From: Pseudovirgaria hyperparasitica
Taxonomy: Eukaryota
Reading direction: 5' to 3' (one strand)
Length of the DNA: 64,000 nt
Assembly: GCA_010093815.1 (NCBI GenBank)
Contig: ML996567.1
Shown here: piece by piece, positions 36,802-47,632 of the stretch
How positions within the stretch are numbered: position 1 is the stretch's first letter
Layout: each line of letters opens with the position of its first letter
Program-made: the position numbers and the translations under genes
The notes under the pieces: model-generated
Seen by the model: only the letters and a program-made list of their open reading frames with translations
Told to the model about the DNA's origin: nothing
The model's database searches: none

Positions 36802-37876
36802 TCATTTGCCGGCAACAGTTTCCTTGAACGGATATCGTACCTGGTCATCTTTCCTCAGCATAATCTTTTTTTTCCTCTTTGTGGTGACATGCTCCACCCA
36901 TGCCTCTCTTCCATATTCAGCGAGATGTTTGCGTATAAATCGTGGATCCCAGAGCTCGGACGCAATGCCCAAGTCCTTGCAGCATCGCATCAATGCATTG
37001 GACTTGCAGCCTTCGACGGCGGTCGGGATCCCGTCGGGATCAAAGTACTGCATCTCACCGCGGGCAACAGAGACAAGTCTGTACACAATTAAACATTAGA
37101 ACTTGAACCAATAGGTAGGACACGTAAAATGAGAGACCATTGAATGGAAACAAAGAGAGCGAGACATACCTCCCGCCAACAACCAACCCATACTCCCTCG
37201 TAACCAGCTTCCCCGTCACAATGCTCTCCCCCCTCGGCGCCAGCCCCCAGCTGCCCGGCCCAAACGCCTTGTTCAGAATCCGCCGATACTTGATCTCCGG
37301 CAGGTAGATGATCCCGTCCGGCTTGATCTCCACATCATCAGGGTTCAGCGGCGCAAGCAACACTTCGGCCGCCTGCGGGGGGAACGCGCTGTCGCCTAGC
37401 CCATGGTATGTACGAGACCAGTCGATCGCCTGCGCGCTGGGGTCCGGTGGCGGCGGCGAGTCGACGAGGCCTTCGGAAAGATCGTGCGTGCCTGATGTAG
37501 CGGCCTCGTTGCGAGATGTTGGCGGAAGGGGTTCAGCGGTCACCGGGCGAAACCTTCCGGCGACGACGTCGTGGGTGTTATTGCTGCTGCTGTCTGCGGC
37601 AGGTTTGGCTGTGGCGGGGGCTGGAGCAGCGGCTTGAGAAGACGATGGAGCGGGTGCTTTTGCGGGTGCTTTTGTGGGTGCTGCGGGCTTTGAGGTTGTG
37701 GATTGGGAGGATGATGTCCCTGTTGCGTTTCGTATCGGCGGCTTGAATGTGTTTCTGGAGACCGGGGTGCTAGAGGCGAATCGTATGTATGTGAGCGTGC
37801 TTTGGGAGTGGGCGCGGGTGTATGATGACATTGCAGAGCAACGTGTGAGAGCCCGGCGGGCGCACGTTGAGCTCAT
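36802..37876 (-). CDS. MGM101: Mitochondrial genome maintenance protein Mgm101 (Rad52-like)
   Basis: Arg/Ser-rich presequence; [28 protein letters not shown] and [28 protein letters not shown]. Intron 37079-37169. Confidence 0.96.
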
Positions 37877-38301
37877 GGCAATTAGGAGTGGTCGTCGATG
37901 AGGATGCAGAGCAGAGCACCGACGTCAAACGATAATTAGTTTGGGAGGTGAGGTATATCAGATTCGAGTTAGGCTGTGTGTGCCTCAGGCATAAAAAAGG
38001 ACGCTTCTTTTGGCTCGACGAACTCCGCTCCGTCCTCCGCGTTTACAGTTCTCATCACAGGCATCAAGGTCTATGTGCTAAATTATATTGGGACAAGGTC
38101 ATTGAGTTGATCATCCCGTAACGACACATTCGTGCGATCCTTGCTGCCTTCACTACAGTCTCGTTTTCCGAGTTAGACGGTATATGCTTAGTACTAAACC
38201 TGTCGAACTCGGGTACCATGGCCTAGTTCGGAGGCAAGAATATATATAAAGGCTGGGTCTGGATACCGTATTGATCCAATCGCATTGGTAACTCCATCAA
38301 C

Positions 38302-40550
38302 ATGGTCGCAAGTCGGAGACTGAACGTGCTTGTTTATTCTGGTAAGTACATATCAGATGATCACGTATACTTGGAATTTATCATTCTCCAGGCCATGGTG
38401 CGACCAAGGAGTCTATAAGACACTGTTTGTACACACTGAGGAGACTCCTTTCACCGAATTATGCGGTCATCCCCGTGGATGGAAACATTATCCTCAAAGA
38501 ACCGTGGTCTGCGACGTGCGCACTTTTAGTCTTCCCTGGAGGCGCCGATACAGGCTATTGTCGGACACTCAACGGAGATGGCAATAGAAAGATTACCCAA
38601 TTTGTGAACCGCGGTGGCAACTTCATCGGATTCTGTGCTGGTGGCTACTATGGCTCCAATCGTTGCGAGTTCGAAGTCGGAGACAAGAAAATGGAGGTCG
38701 TTGGCGATAGAGAGCTCGGATTCTTCCCAGGAGCTTGCCGTGGTCTAGCGTTTCCAGGATTTGTATACAATAGCGAAGCTGGTGCGCGAGCAGTCGAGCT
38801 GAAGGCCAACAAAGATGCTTTTCCGACCTCCATAGGGCTGGAAGCCCCTTTCAGAGTGTACTATAACGGTGGTGGCGTGTTTGTGGATGCCGAAAAACTG
38901 AAGAGCCGAGGAGTTGAGGTCTTGGCTAGTTTTACAGAAGATTTGAATGTCGATTCCGGGGAAGGGAGTGCTGCCGTAGTCTATCGTAGAATTGGGGAAG
39001 GACATGTCATTCTCACGGGGCCTCACCCAGAGTCAGCACCTCGTAGACTTTTTCTGATCGATTGTACTAAGATTAGACAGGTTTGCCGGTATCAATCTCT
39101 CCAAAGAAGGGGCAGAAGACAACTACAAGCAAGTTGTAGATACTGTAATTGCCAACGAAAAGCCTAGGACGACCTTTATGAAGGCTTGTCTGAGGAAGCT
39201 AGGCATGCAGGTCAATGAAGAGGAGCAGCCGGTACCTTCACTCTCCCGCCTCCATCTCTCAGCTCATCGTCCCTCAGATGTCGGCGAACTCGTTTCGAGC
39301 TGGGAAGAAGTCATCACTATAGATGACGGGGAAGAATATGTGGAAGGTGGTCACGAGACATTTCACCTCGAGAAGCGGTCGTCTTGGTCGATGAAAACCT
39401 TGAAGGATACAGTAGCATCGTCCATCTCAGGAGCAACAACCGAGTCCCCTGCAAAACCTACCGAAGCACCCGCTATGATTGACTATGACAAAGCCTTGAA
39501 GAAAGTCTTCCCGCATGAAGACGAACTACCATCCTACAAAGAGACTCCTAGCTTTAACCACTCCGCGTATTTTGCCCACTTGCAAGCTTATCGACTAAAA
39601 GCTGAAGAGAAGGATGGAGAGTTTGGAAAGTACTTATTATATGGTGAAGTTGTAACAAGCACGCAAACCATGCTCGAAAAGTACTTCATAGTCCAGAGTT
39701 ATACTTCTCTGCTAATTTTCATAGGAACAATGCGCTACTGAAACATCTTCCAGATGGCTTCACCGCCACAGCTACTACGCAAATTACTGGGAGAGGTCGG
39801 GGCACAAATGTTTGGGTTGCGCCTCGGGGAGGGCTCATGTTTAGCACTGTCATGCGCCACCCTGTCGCGCTCACAGTTTCGGCCCCTGTCGTATTCATCC
39901 AGTATCTTGCTGCTCTTGCAATTGTCACTGCTATCAAATCCTATGAGCCCAGCTACTCCAAGCTACCAGTCAAGTTGAAATGGCCCAACGACATCTACGC
40001 ACTCGATCCTGATTTGGATAAGAATGCAGAAGGCGGAGGCTATGTCAAGATCGGAGGCTTGCTCATCAACACTAGCTACTCCGGCAGCGATTTTACCTTG
40101 GTGCTAGGCATAGGCCTCAATGTTGCGAACGGACTTCCCACTACAAGCTTGGATAAACTCGCACATGCACAGGGACTACGGTCGTTCCAAATAGAGAAGA
40201 TCCTCGCGAAGATTCTTGTCTGTCTAGAAGACATATATCGGAAGTTTCGCCGGACAGGATGGAACAGCGAGCTTGAGGACATATACTGCAAGAATTGGCT
40301 GCATACGTACGTGACCGCACAATTCGTTACAGGAAGGACATCTGGTACTGACTTGACTAGTGATCAAGTTGTAACATTAGAGACAGAAGGTGGTATGCGA
40401 GCCCGCATAAGGGGCATCACTCGTGATTGGGGTCTACTAGTAGCCGAAGAGCTTGGATGGGAGGACCGGCCGACGGGAAAAATTGTCCAGCTACAGAGTG
40501 ACAGCAATAGTTTTGACTTTTTCAAAGGCCTCTTGAAGAAGAAATTGTAG
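38302..40550 (+). CDS. BPL1: Biotin-protein ligase (holocarboxylase synthetase)
   Basis: LNVLVYSG and GFCAGGYYG N-terminal domain; VTSTQTML, QITGRGRGTNVW, KLKWPNDIY, KIGGLL and LQSDSNSFDFFKGL. Four introns. Confidence 0.95.
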
Positions 40551-40932
40551 AGCAACATTGTTAGTACCACTTCTTCTTTCGTCTAGCTACAGCGGTCTGT
40601 GTCACATGGGAAAGCCTTTTTCACGCAGCATCTCGCAATTCACTTCCCAACAACGAACGAGATTAAGGGATCCACACTGCCCAAGTGAACAACAACAACA
40701 ACACCTTTTCACGTCTAATCTTGACTGGCGCCTTACGCAGTTTTTGGGTATTTAAATAGCTGTGCCCCCCCGCAAACCTTTCACAACAGTCTCAACCTCA
40801 ACATCCACCGCGTGTCAATTTCGTGGACGTCGTTTTGTTCCGCCTACACGAACCTTTGCTCAGCTCCTACCTGTCAAGAAACAGGTATCGACCATCCTTC
40901 CAAACAGCTCTCGCTGCATTGGAGTTTCTGTC

Positions 40933-42570
40933 ATGACAATGTTTGATAATGTCGCTCCAGATACGCGCCCACAGCGGCCAAGCAGGAATAATTTCTACTC
41001 GAATTTCGACGCGACTTTCAATACGGTTGACCTCCCAGGCTTGATTACAGGCAACGAGGAACTTCCTACAGCTGAAGACGCAGATCATTTGGATCAAACC
41101 AACGTCGACCCATTTGACGACGCATTTGAAGTAGACGACTTGCTTCTGGATTCCGACGAAGATCATTACTTTCCACACCGCCTCTCAGTTATATCCGAAC
41201 GCACTGAGCCATTGTCATTGTCATCGTCACAGCGAGGCGCCTTCAGAAGCTCTCACAGGAACTCTCACAGAGACTCTTTCGAAGCCACACTCCTAGTATC
41301 AACACATCCGTATTCTCGAGATATGTCACAACGTTCCCTTCGCGGTCCTCTCCCCATGGGCTCTAACCAGTTGGCCTTACGAAGCCGCTCCTCTCTTCGC
41401 TCCCTCCCCGTCGAAGAGGAATCAGACTCCGACAGCGATGCGAATTCCAACTACGATTCTCCGGTACTTCGAACCGAATCATATAGCGATTCCAATACAT
41501 ATGCGGAACCTCAAACCCCTCCCAGTCATTCACGTAGCTCCTCAACCAGCACAATCAAAGCGTATCCCATACCTCAATGGACTATTCCTCAACCAAATCC
41601 GCAGCCTCTGCCATCGCGTCCAATGTATCACTCAAGCACACCCTCATGGGTCACTGTCGCATCCGAAACGAAACCAGAACCTGAAGACTCTGAAGATGAC
41701 TGGGTGTCAGAGCGCAGCATCACTCCCACAGTTGAAAGTAGCGTTACGCCCAACCCTTCGCCATCGAAGCGTAGCACCGCCTCTGCACCCTCTCCATTCA
41801 CGCAGAGAATCGTCTCCCAAGGACTAGCCGGTCCCATCCAAATGCGTTCTCAAACACCCATCACCGCCCTCGAGGGTTCGCTGCAGCAGAAAGCCTGCCA
41901 GATCGCCTGCCTCGTTGGCGCTCCCGAACCGGAGCGGTTCAACAAACTCCGACCAACCTCCTTCCACCAACGCGTGTGCCGGGCTCTCGAAGCCAAAGAA
42001 GCACGCATCATCACCCCGGACCAGCCGAACTACGCCACAAGGGCGATGCTGAAGGAGAGCAGCCCGCTTGACGCCCTCAGTCTGCGCTTCCAGCAGATGA
42101 GCTCCACCATGAGCAACATCGGCGTGCTAGAGAGTGCGCTGGAAGACAGCTGGGGCGTCAGCTCCACCGACACCACCCGCCCGGTCTTGTACACACAGGC
42201 CGCATACCAGACCGCCGACGTCACGGCAGCCAGGCGCCCACCACAGGTTCCTGCCTTTCTTCAATGTGCCGGCGTAGAGCACCAGCTCTACCCGGTGTAC
42301 CCCAAGGCCTTCTTCGGCATGCACGCGCCTGCAAAGGCTGTTGCCAAGAAACCTTCGGGGTGGAACCTGCTGGTGGCGTGTCTGGACCCGCGGCGTGCGG
42401 TGAAGGGTAAGGAGGTGTCGGTGGAGGCGGAGGAGGTGCCCCTCGCTCCACAGTCGGAAACGTTGGCGATGTGTGATGTTTGCAGTCGCGCGATCGAGCG
42501 CACTAGGTGGGTGTGCCGCGTTTCTGGCTGTGGAGTCGAGGTATGCACGGAGTGCAAGAAGAGGGTTTAG
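40933..42570 (+). CDS. Hypothetical Ser/Pro-rich, largely disordered protein with a C-terminal Cys cluster
   Basis: Uninterrupted ORF of ~545 codons from the first ATG, ending CDVC-x8-C-x4-C-x4-CTEC. Confidence 0.65.
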   Translation: MTMFDNVAPDTRPQRPSRNNFYSNFDATFNTVDLPGLITGNEELPTAEDADHLDQTNVDPFDDAFEVDDLLLDSDEDHYFPHRLSVISERTEPLSLSSSQRGAFRSSHRNSHRDSFEATLLVSTHPYSRDMSQRSLRGPLPMGSNQLALRSRSSLRSLPVEEESDSDSDANSNYDSPVLRTESYSDSNTYAEPQTPPSHSRSSSTSTIKAYPIPQWTIPQPNPQPLPSRPMYHSSTPSWVTVASETKPEPEDSEDDWVSERSITPTVESSVTPNPSPSKRSTASAPSPFTQRIVSQGLAGPIQMRSQTPITALEGSLQQKACQIACLVGAPEPERFNKLRPTSFHQRVCRALEAKEARIITPDQPNYATRAMLKESSPLDALSLRFQQMSSTMSNIGVLESALEDSWGVSSTDTTRPVLYTQAAYQTADVTAARRPPQVPAFLQCAGVEHQLYPVYPKAFFGMHAPAKAVAKKPSGWNLLVACLDPRRAVKGKEVSVEAEEVPLAPQSETLAMCDVCSRAIERTRWVCRVSGCGVEVCTECKKRV

Positions 42571-43342
42571 GAGGTGGCGGGGGAGGGGGGAGGTGGATAG
42601 TCCAATAGACAACAGAGAGGAGAGAGTTTTGCGTGGTGTTCGAACCTGTGCAATATGATATCGATATGTGATGTGAATGATTGATCAAAGTGTTAACATC
42701 GTGATGTATGTCTCTGCTTTATGCAAATTCAAGGTTTCAAGATGAAGATGTACTGATATACCTACTATAGAGGGCCAAACGAGTGGTATAAGCTTGTAGC
42801 TGTTTATTGAACAAGGACTACTCAGTTCTAGGTAAGACTGTATATGGCTATTCATAAGCGTGGTGTTGCTCATTCCAGGCTTAACAAATGTATAATCCAG
42901 TCGAAGATCTATATCGAATTAACGGTAGAGAGTCCAGTATCAGCAGACTAATTTTGTCAATACATGGGAAAATACTATAACCCTTACCAGAAACAGTCAG
43001 TTTTCTGCTATACGGAAGGCATTATTGTGATATTAAATCAAAGAACAGCTGGTTCTACAGTATCATGCAAGCTGAGCGTGTCGCAGAGAGCCCATAATAA
43101 ACCGCTTCTATATAGATAGTCACGCAGATCATACACTATGAGGTGTGAGTTCTGTAAGTTTAACCCCTATGTTAAGTCTACAAAAACTGTACTAATCAGC
43201 ATAATAAGCTGTTCTAGGTAATTGATATGTTGAAATATTAATCATTTCAGGTCCGTAAATAGACTAGCTTGAAGCATTCCCATGCTCAAAAATTCGCATT
43301 TCTTCGACAAAGTCTCCGACCACACAACAAAACCTGCTGACC

Positions 43343-44614
43343 ATGAATTTTTCTGCGATCATCGACTATGACGATGACTACATACAACCGCTTATCATAA
43401 GTTCTCTGCAGAAGAGGCTACCAAGTTCCACGTTCGAGCTCAAAGATTCAATAGACACCTGTACACCAGCCTCTGCAGTGCTGCAATTTAGGGACTATGA
43501 GTCTATTGACTTTCAGCACGCGGTTTCCAACCCACAAAGTCTCGTCAATGCATATATAATCCGCAAAGCTCTTATTCGAAAGCATTACCTTTCAAACACT
43601 GTCTCAAACTGGATTACGAAACATCCAGAAACACCATTGAAAGGCCACGTGAAAGCTTCCGTGGACTTTGAGCTCGACTATGCAGAGTTCCTCGATGATG
43701 CGCTAGTTGAAGCCTTTGAGCTCAGAGAGAGCTTCGAGAAGAATGAAGGCAAGGAGCCACAAGACCGGGAATGGTGGATATTGAAACCAGGCATGAGTGA
43801 TCGAGGGCAAGGCATTCGGCTCTTCAGCACGGAAGAAGAGCTACAGGAGATCTTCGAGGAATGGGAGGCTGAAAACCCTTCGGACTCGGACGATGACGGG
43901 GAGACATCTGATACGGAGGATGCCAGGAACCACGAGAGAGAGGGCGATGGCATCATCACATCACACCTCCGTCATTTTGTCGCTCAGCCATATATACACC
44001 CACCACTCCTCCTGGAGCCATCCATAACAGATCATGGACCCCGGAAATTTCATATCAGGACATATGTATTGGCTGTTGGTGCCCTCAAAGTCTACGTACA
44101 CAAGCCAATGCTCGCACTGTTCGCCGCACAGCCGTACTCACCGCCCTGGGAAGCAGACTCAGCAGATGCTCTCCGAGCACATTTGACGAATACGTGTCTT
44201 CAAGGCAGCGACATTCGCGAGGGTAGCGTGAACCAATTCTGGTCATTGACCAGGCCTCAAAATGCCCCAGAGGACTGGAAAGATGCGGTCTGGAGTCAGA
44301 TATGTGACACAACAGGCGCATTGTTCGAGGCTGCCGCCAGAGGCATGATGATCCATTTTCAGCCTATACCAAACGCTTTTGAGATGTTTGGGCTGGATTT
44401 TATGGTTGATGAGGACTTAAACACGTGGCTGTTGGAGGTGAATGCATTTCCGGATTTCAAGCAAACGGGAGATGACCTGAAGGGTATCGTTGAGGGCTTC
44501 TTTGAGGATGTGGTGGACCTGGCGATCAAGCCGTTCTTTGGCTTAGGCAAAGCAGCCGTGGGCGGGAATGAAAGGTCGAAGCAAGTGCTTGATATAGATC
44601 TAGGGAGGAGATGA
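43343..44614 (+). CDS. Tubulin-tyrosine-ligase-like ATP-grasp protein (Pby1-type ligase domain)
   Basis: NAYIIRKALIRKHYL, WILKPGMSDRGQGIRLF, QPYI, RKFHIRTYV, HLTNTCLQ, FEMFGLDFMVD and LLEVNAFPDF. Confidence 0.9.
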   Translation: MNFSAIIDYDDDYIQPLIISSLQKRLPSSTFELKDSIDTCTPASAVLQFRDYESIDFQHAVSNPQSLVNAYIIRKALIRKHYLSNTVSNWITKHPETPLKGHVKASVDFELDYAEFLDDALVEAFELRESFEKNEGKEPQDREWWILKPGMSDRGQGIRLFSTEEELQEIFEEWEAENPSDSDDDGETSDTEDARNHEREGDGIITSHLRHFVAQPYIHPPLLLEPSITDHGPRKFHIRTYVLAVGALKVYVHKPMLALFAAQPYSPPWEADSADALRAHLTNTCLQGSDIREGSVNQFWSLTRPQNAPEDWKDAVWSQICDTTGALFEAAARGMMIHFQPIPNAFEMFGLDFMVDEDLNTWLLEVNAFPDFKQTGDDLKGIVEGFFEDVVDLAIKPFFGLGKAAVGGNERSKQVLDIDLGRR

Positions 44615-44722
44615 TGTCCTGAGAGTTCTATATCTCTAGTATTGTATCAAAAAGTTTACTCACGTCCGTCATATATACAAGATCATCCTCGATTAACTAT
44701 TCACGCTCAACACACCTCTAAT

Positions 44723-45711
44723 CTAAGAGGAGAACCTCCATAAATAGGGGAGGTGGTTGTATAGCTCGTCGAACTCTTTAGCCATCCATCCCCTTGCCTG
44801 GCCACCTCTTCCCACGATGACCAGACCTCCAGCAAGCCAGAGACCAGTCAGAGCTGCTGCTGCTCCATTAATGCTATACCACCTCCTCTTGCTACGCAGC
44901 TGTCCTCCTGGTCCTCCTTGCGTGACTTGCACTGGTGTCCACCCCTGCCACTTCGCCCAGCCCCAGACGGCATGGAAGACCCCTACACCCACCAAAGCAG
45001 TATATCCTACAAACGACGCTATCGGATGTTTCGCAAACCCATGCGCAACATACGAAAGGTTTATTATTGAATTGTCACCGTGGAGATACATCGGTAGCAC
45101 CCTCGTGACGAATACATGTGTGGCCACGAGCGGAGACAATGCAAACCCCAGCGCACTGATACCCGAGACCTTGGGCCATGCTATTGTTCGTCTATCTTTA
45201 CGTGACTCCGCGCCGTACCAGCCTAGGGACTGGCTACGGCGGTAAAGGCGCAATGCCACACCGGCTGCGACATGTGTGATGGCTGGTATGCCGATTAGCA
45301 GTGCTTCAAGAGGGAAGCTCTGGTAGTATGGGCGCGTAAGGAGGAGGTATTTGTCGCTCGATGTGACGGAACGGGTTATGAGAGGGAGGATGGCGGTGTT
45401 CGTGACATGGAAGGCGGCGAAGACGGTGAATGTGTATGAGGAGTATTTCTGGGCGCGGATTACTTTGGAGTCTATGAGTTACTTTGGACAAGATGTATAT
45501 GAACGTTCTACCACGTACAATACCATGCTGGTCCATGGTTACCGAGTCCAAATATCGAGGTCGTAGAGCTCTGCGGCGGTGACGTCGCTTGTGGGAAGTA
45601 GCTGTCGCTTGAGACTTCGTACGGTGTGTCTTCGATTGGGGATGGATCGACCTCGGTCAAGCCGAAGGGGGTTTCCCCGTCGCCTGTACTGTCAGGCCGG
45701 TGATGTGACAT
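44723..45711 (-). CDS. MCP1: Mitochondrial outer-membrane Mcp1-like protein (DUF1691)
   Basis: WYL|IRAQKYSSYTFTVFAAFHVTNT, YLLLTRPYYQ, HVAAGVALR, HV..TR.LP and SYVAHGF. Intron 45463-45518. Confidence 0.75.
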
Positions 45712-45956
45712 TTGGTGTTTATGAATATATGTTGGGATCCTGTCCACTCGGCGTCGAGATATTACATATGTCCGTGCGCGACGCTACATCATTTCTAAGA
45801 TCCACCTTTCAACACTGGACAACTTCTGCACTTGCAATGTCAACACACGATATAATCTTCCACTGACGACCAATGCAATCAACGGCGCGCACGACCCAAC
45901 TCTGGAAATTATCTGTCCTTCCAGTCTGACGAAACTCGGATCTCGCAGTCTTCATC

Positions 45957-46511
45957 ATGCCGCCGCGCAACTATGTAAACCCAGCTCCTCAAACAGAGAG
46001 TGCCCGAGACGCGGCGCGCAACTTCTTCTGCGACCTATGCCAGAAAGCCTACGCGCGTCAACCAGAGCTTGACTCTCACTTGACATCATACGAGCACAAC
46101 CACCAAAAGGTCTCTACAGGTATCACGTCTTATCGTTCTGTAGACATTTTACACTAAACTCCCACAAAGAGACTTCAGGACCTTAAAGAAGCATCGCGCG
46201 ACCCTGGCCGTACAGAGCGTCAGCGGCGCAAAGAGAACGCAGAAGCAGGACTCGTTCGTCTCGATCTCGACGGGGCTAAGAAAGCTGTGAATGATGCGAA
46301 CCCCTCTGTTGAGAAGAAGAAGGGCGGCTTCAAGCCTATGACTATGAAGCGCAACGATGACAAGTCGAGTCAGCAATCGGCAGCACCGAAGCCTGGTTTC
46401 AAGAGAATAGGTGGAGCAGCAGTACAGGCTGAAGAGCCCAAAAGCATATTCGATGATCTCGGATATGAGGTTTATGATCCACGTTACCCTACCGAGTGCG
46501 ACGAAATCTGA
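45957..46511 (+). CDS. Small C2H2 (U1/matrin-like) zinc-finger protein, 2 exons
   Basis: FFCDLCQKAYARQPELDSHLTSYEHNHQK|RLQDLK; GFK motifs and YEVYDPRYPT tail. Intron 46110-46169. Confidence 0.8.
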
Positions 46512-46994
46512 ACTTTGCTTCATTCAATGTAGTTTTCAATTCGAATCCGTGAATCTTTTTAACCCTCCCTGTGATGTAGAGTGATTATTGTGACAGCAAT
46601 GTGTATATTCAGCCATATCCTTAGAGCGCACTATATTGCCTGCCCGTACATAGTCTGTATTTGGATGAGTGACAATACACTTAAGTCTCTGACATATTGC
46701 CGTAGTCATTGTCCTGCTGCTGGTCAGATAAATCTGAGCATATATTTATATGGATACTTCAGTCCCTCTCAAGACTGTATTGGGACGCTTCACAACGACA
46801 GACCGATGATTGATTCAGGCATGGCTGTTAACAAGTTTCTGTATTTCTCTCGACCGAGGTCCTGTTTTTAGGCTTGCGGTCGTAACGATCAGTGTATCTC
46901 GCCGCATCGACAATGGTCGACATGGTGATCTACTCTGTTCCAAAATCAAAACCCGACTCCAACGCTATGCAAATATCAACTACACGGAGATATC

Positions 46995-47424
46995 TCATTT
47001 GAAGACACCATCAAAATCACCCTCTTTTCTTGGCACTCTGACCTGTTCCCAGTTATCGAGGTCGCGTCCGGCAAGTTTCTATGACGGGTACCCGTTAGCT
47101 ATGACAACTTGGGAGAATGCGAGTGTGACCTACGAAGTACTCTTCCCGAATGTCGAATTTATGATTCTTCTTCGCTTCTAACTCTTGCATATATTGCTTC
47201 TCTCCTTCTACGCCCAGAGCCTGGACCTTACGGTTGTGCCGTTCATATCTTAGAGCCGTTGCTGGCGTGAGGAAGAAGCTACCCGCAACGATAGTGAGGA
47301 CGAATGGTGCACCGAAAAGCGCAAATGGGTGTCGACTGAGGTTGCGGCGATAACTTGCACCAACTTTTCGGAAGAAGGCATCGACTGGCCCCGAAGGGGC
47401 TTCGACTGGCTTTCGAGGTGGCAT
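46995..47424 (-). CDS. COX16: Cytochrome c oxidase assembly protein Cox16
   Basis: RHPFALFGAPF...GSFFLTPATALRYERH and DIREEYF|KLAGRDLDNWEQVRV. One intron. Confidence 0.92.
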
Positions 47425-47534
47425 TGGGGTAATTCTGTCTTGGGCGGGCGGTCGTTACTTATATCCCACGGTCAATCTTCATTTGACGTCGTCGGCAGAG
47501 CTCAGACGACCAATTAATGTGATAGATCATCATC

Positions 47535-47549
47535 CACGTGATCACGCGT
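47535..47549. promoter_or_regulatory. Adjacent CACGTG (E-box) and ACGCGT (MCB) motifs in the 208-bp COX16/ATR divergent promoter
   Basis: cacgtg at 47535-47540 and acgcgt at 47544-47549. MCB elements are typical of DNA replication and repair genes in ascomycetes. Confidence 0.45.
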
Positions 47550-47632
47550 CACCCCAGCCGCGTTCATCTTGGAATCTTCTCAGATACAACAAACAATTTA
47601 CTACCGCCTCATGGGGAACGATTCGAGAAGTC

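Noticed and set aside
42600..43270. Moderately AT-rich spacer as a transposon relic
   Set aside because: CA/TG dinucleotides are still common, with no terminal repeats or transposase remnants.
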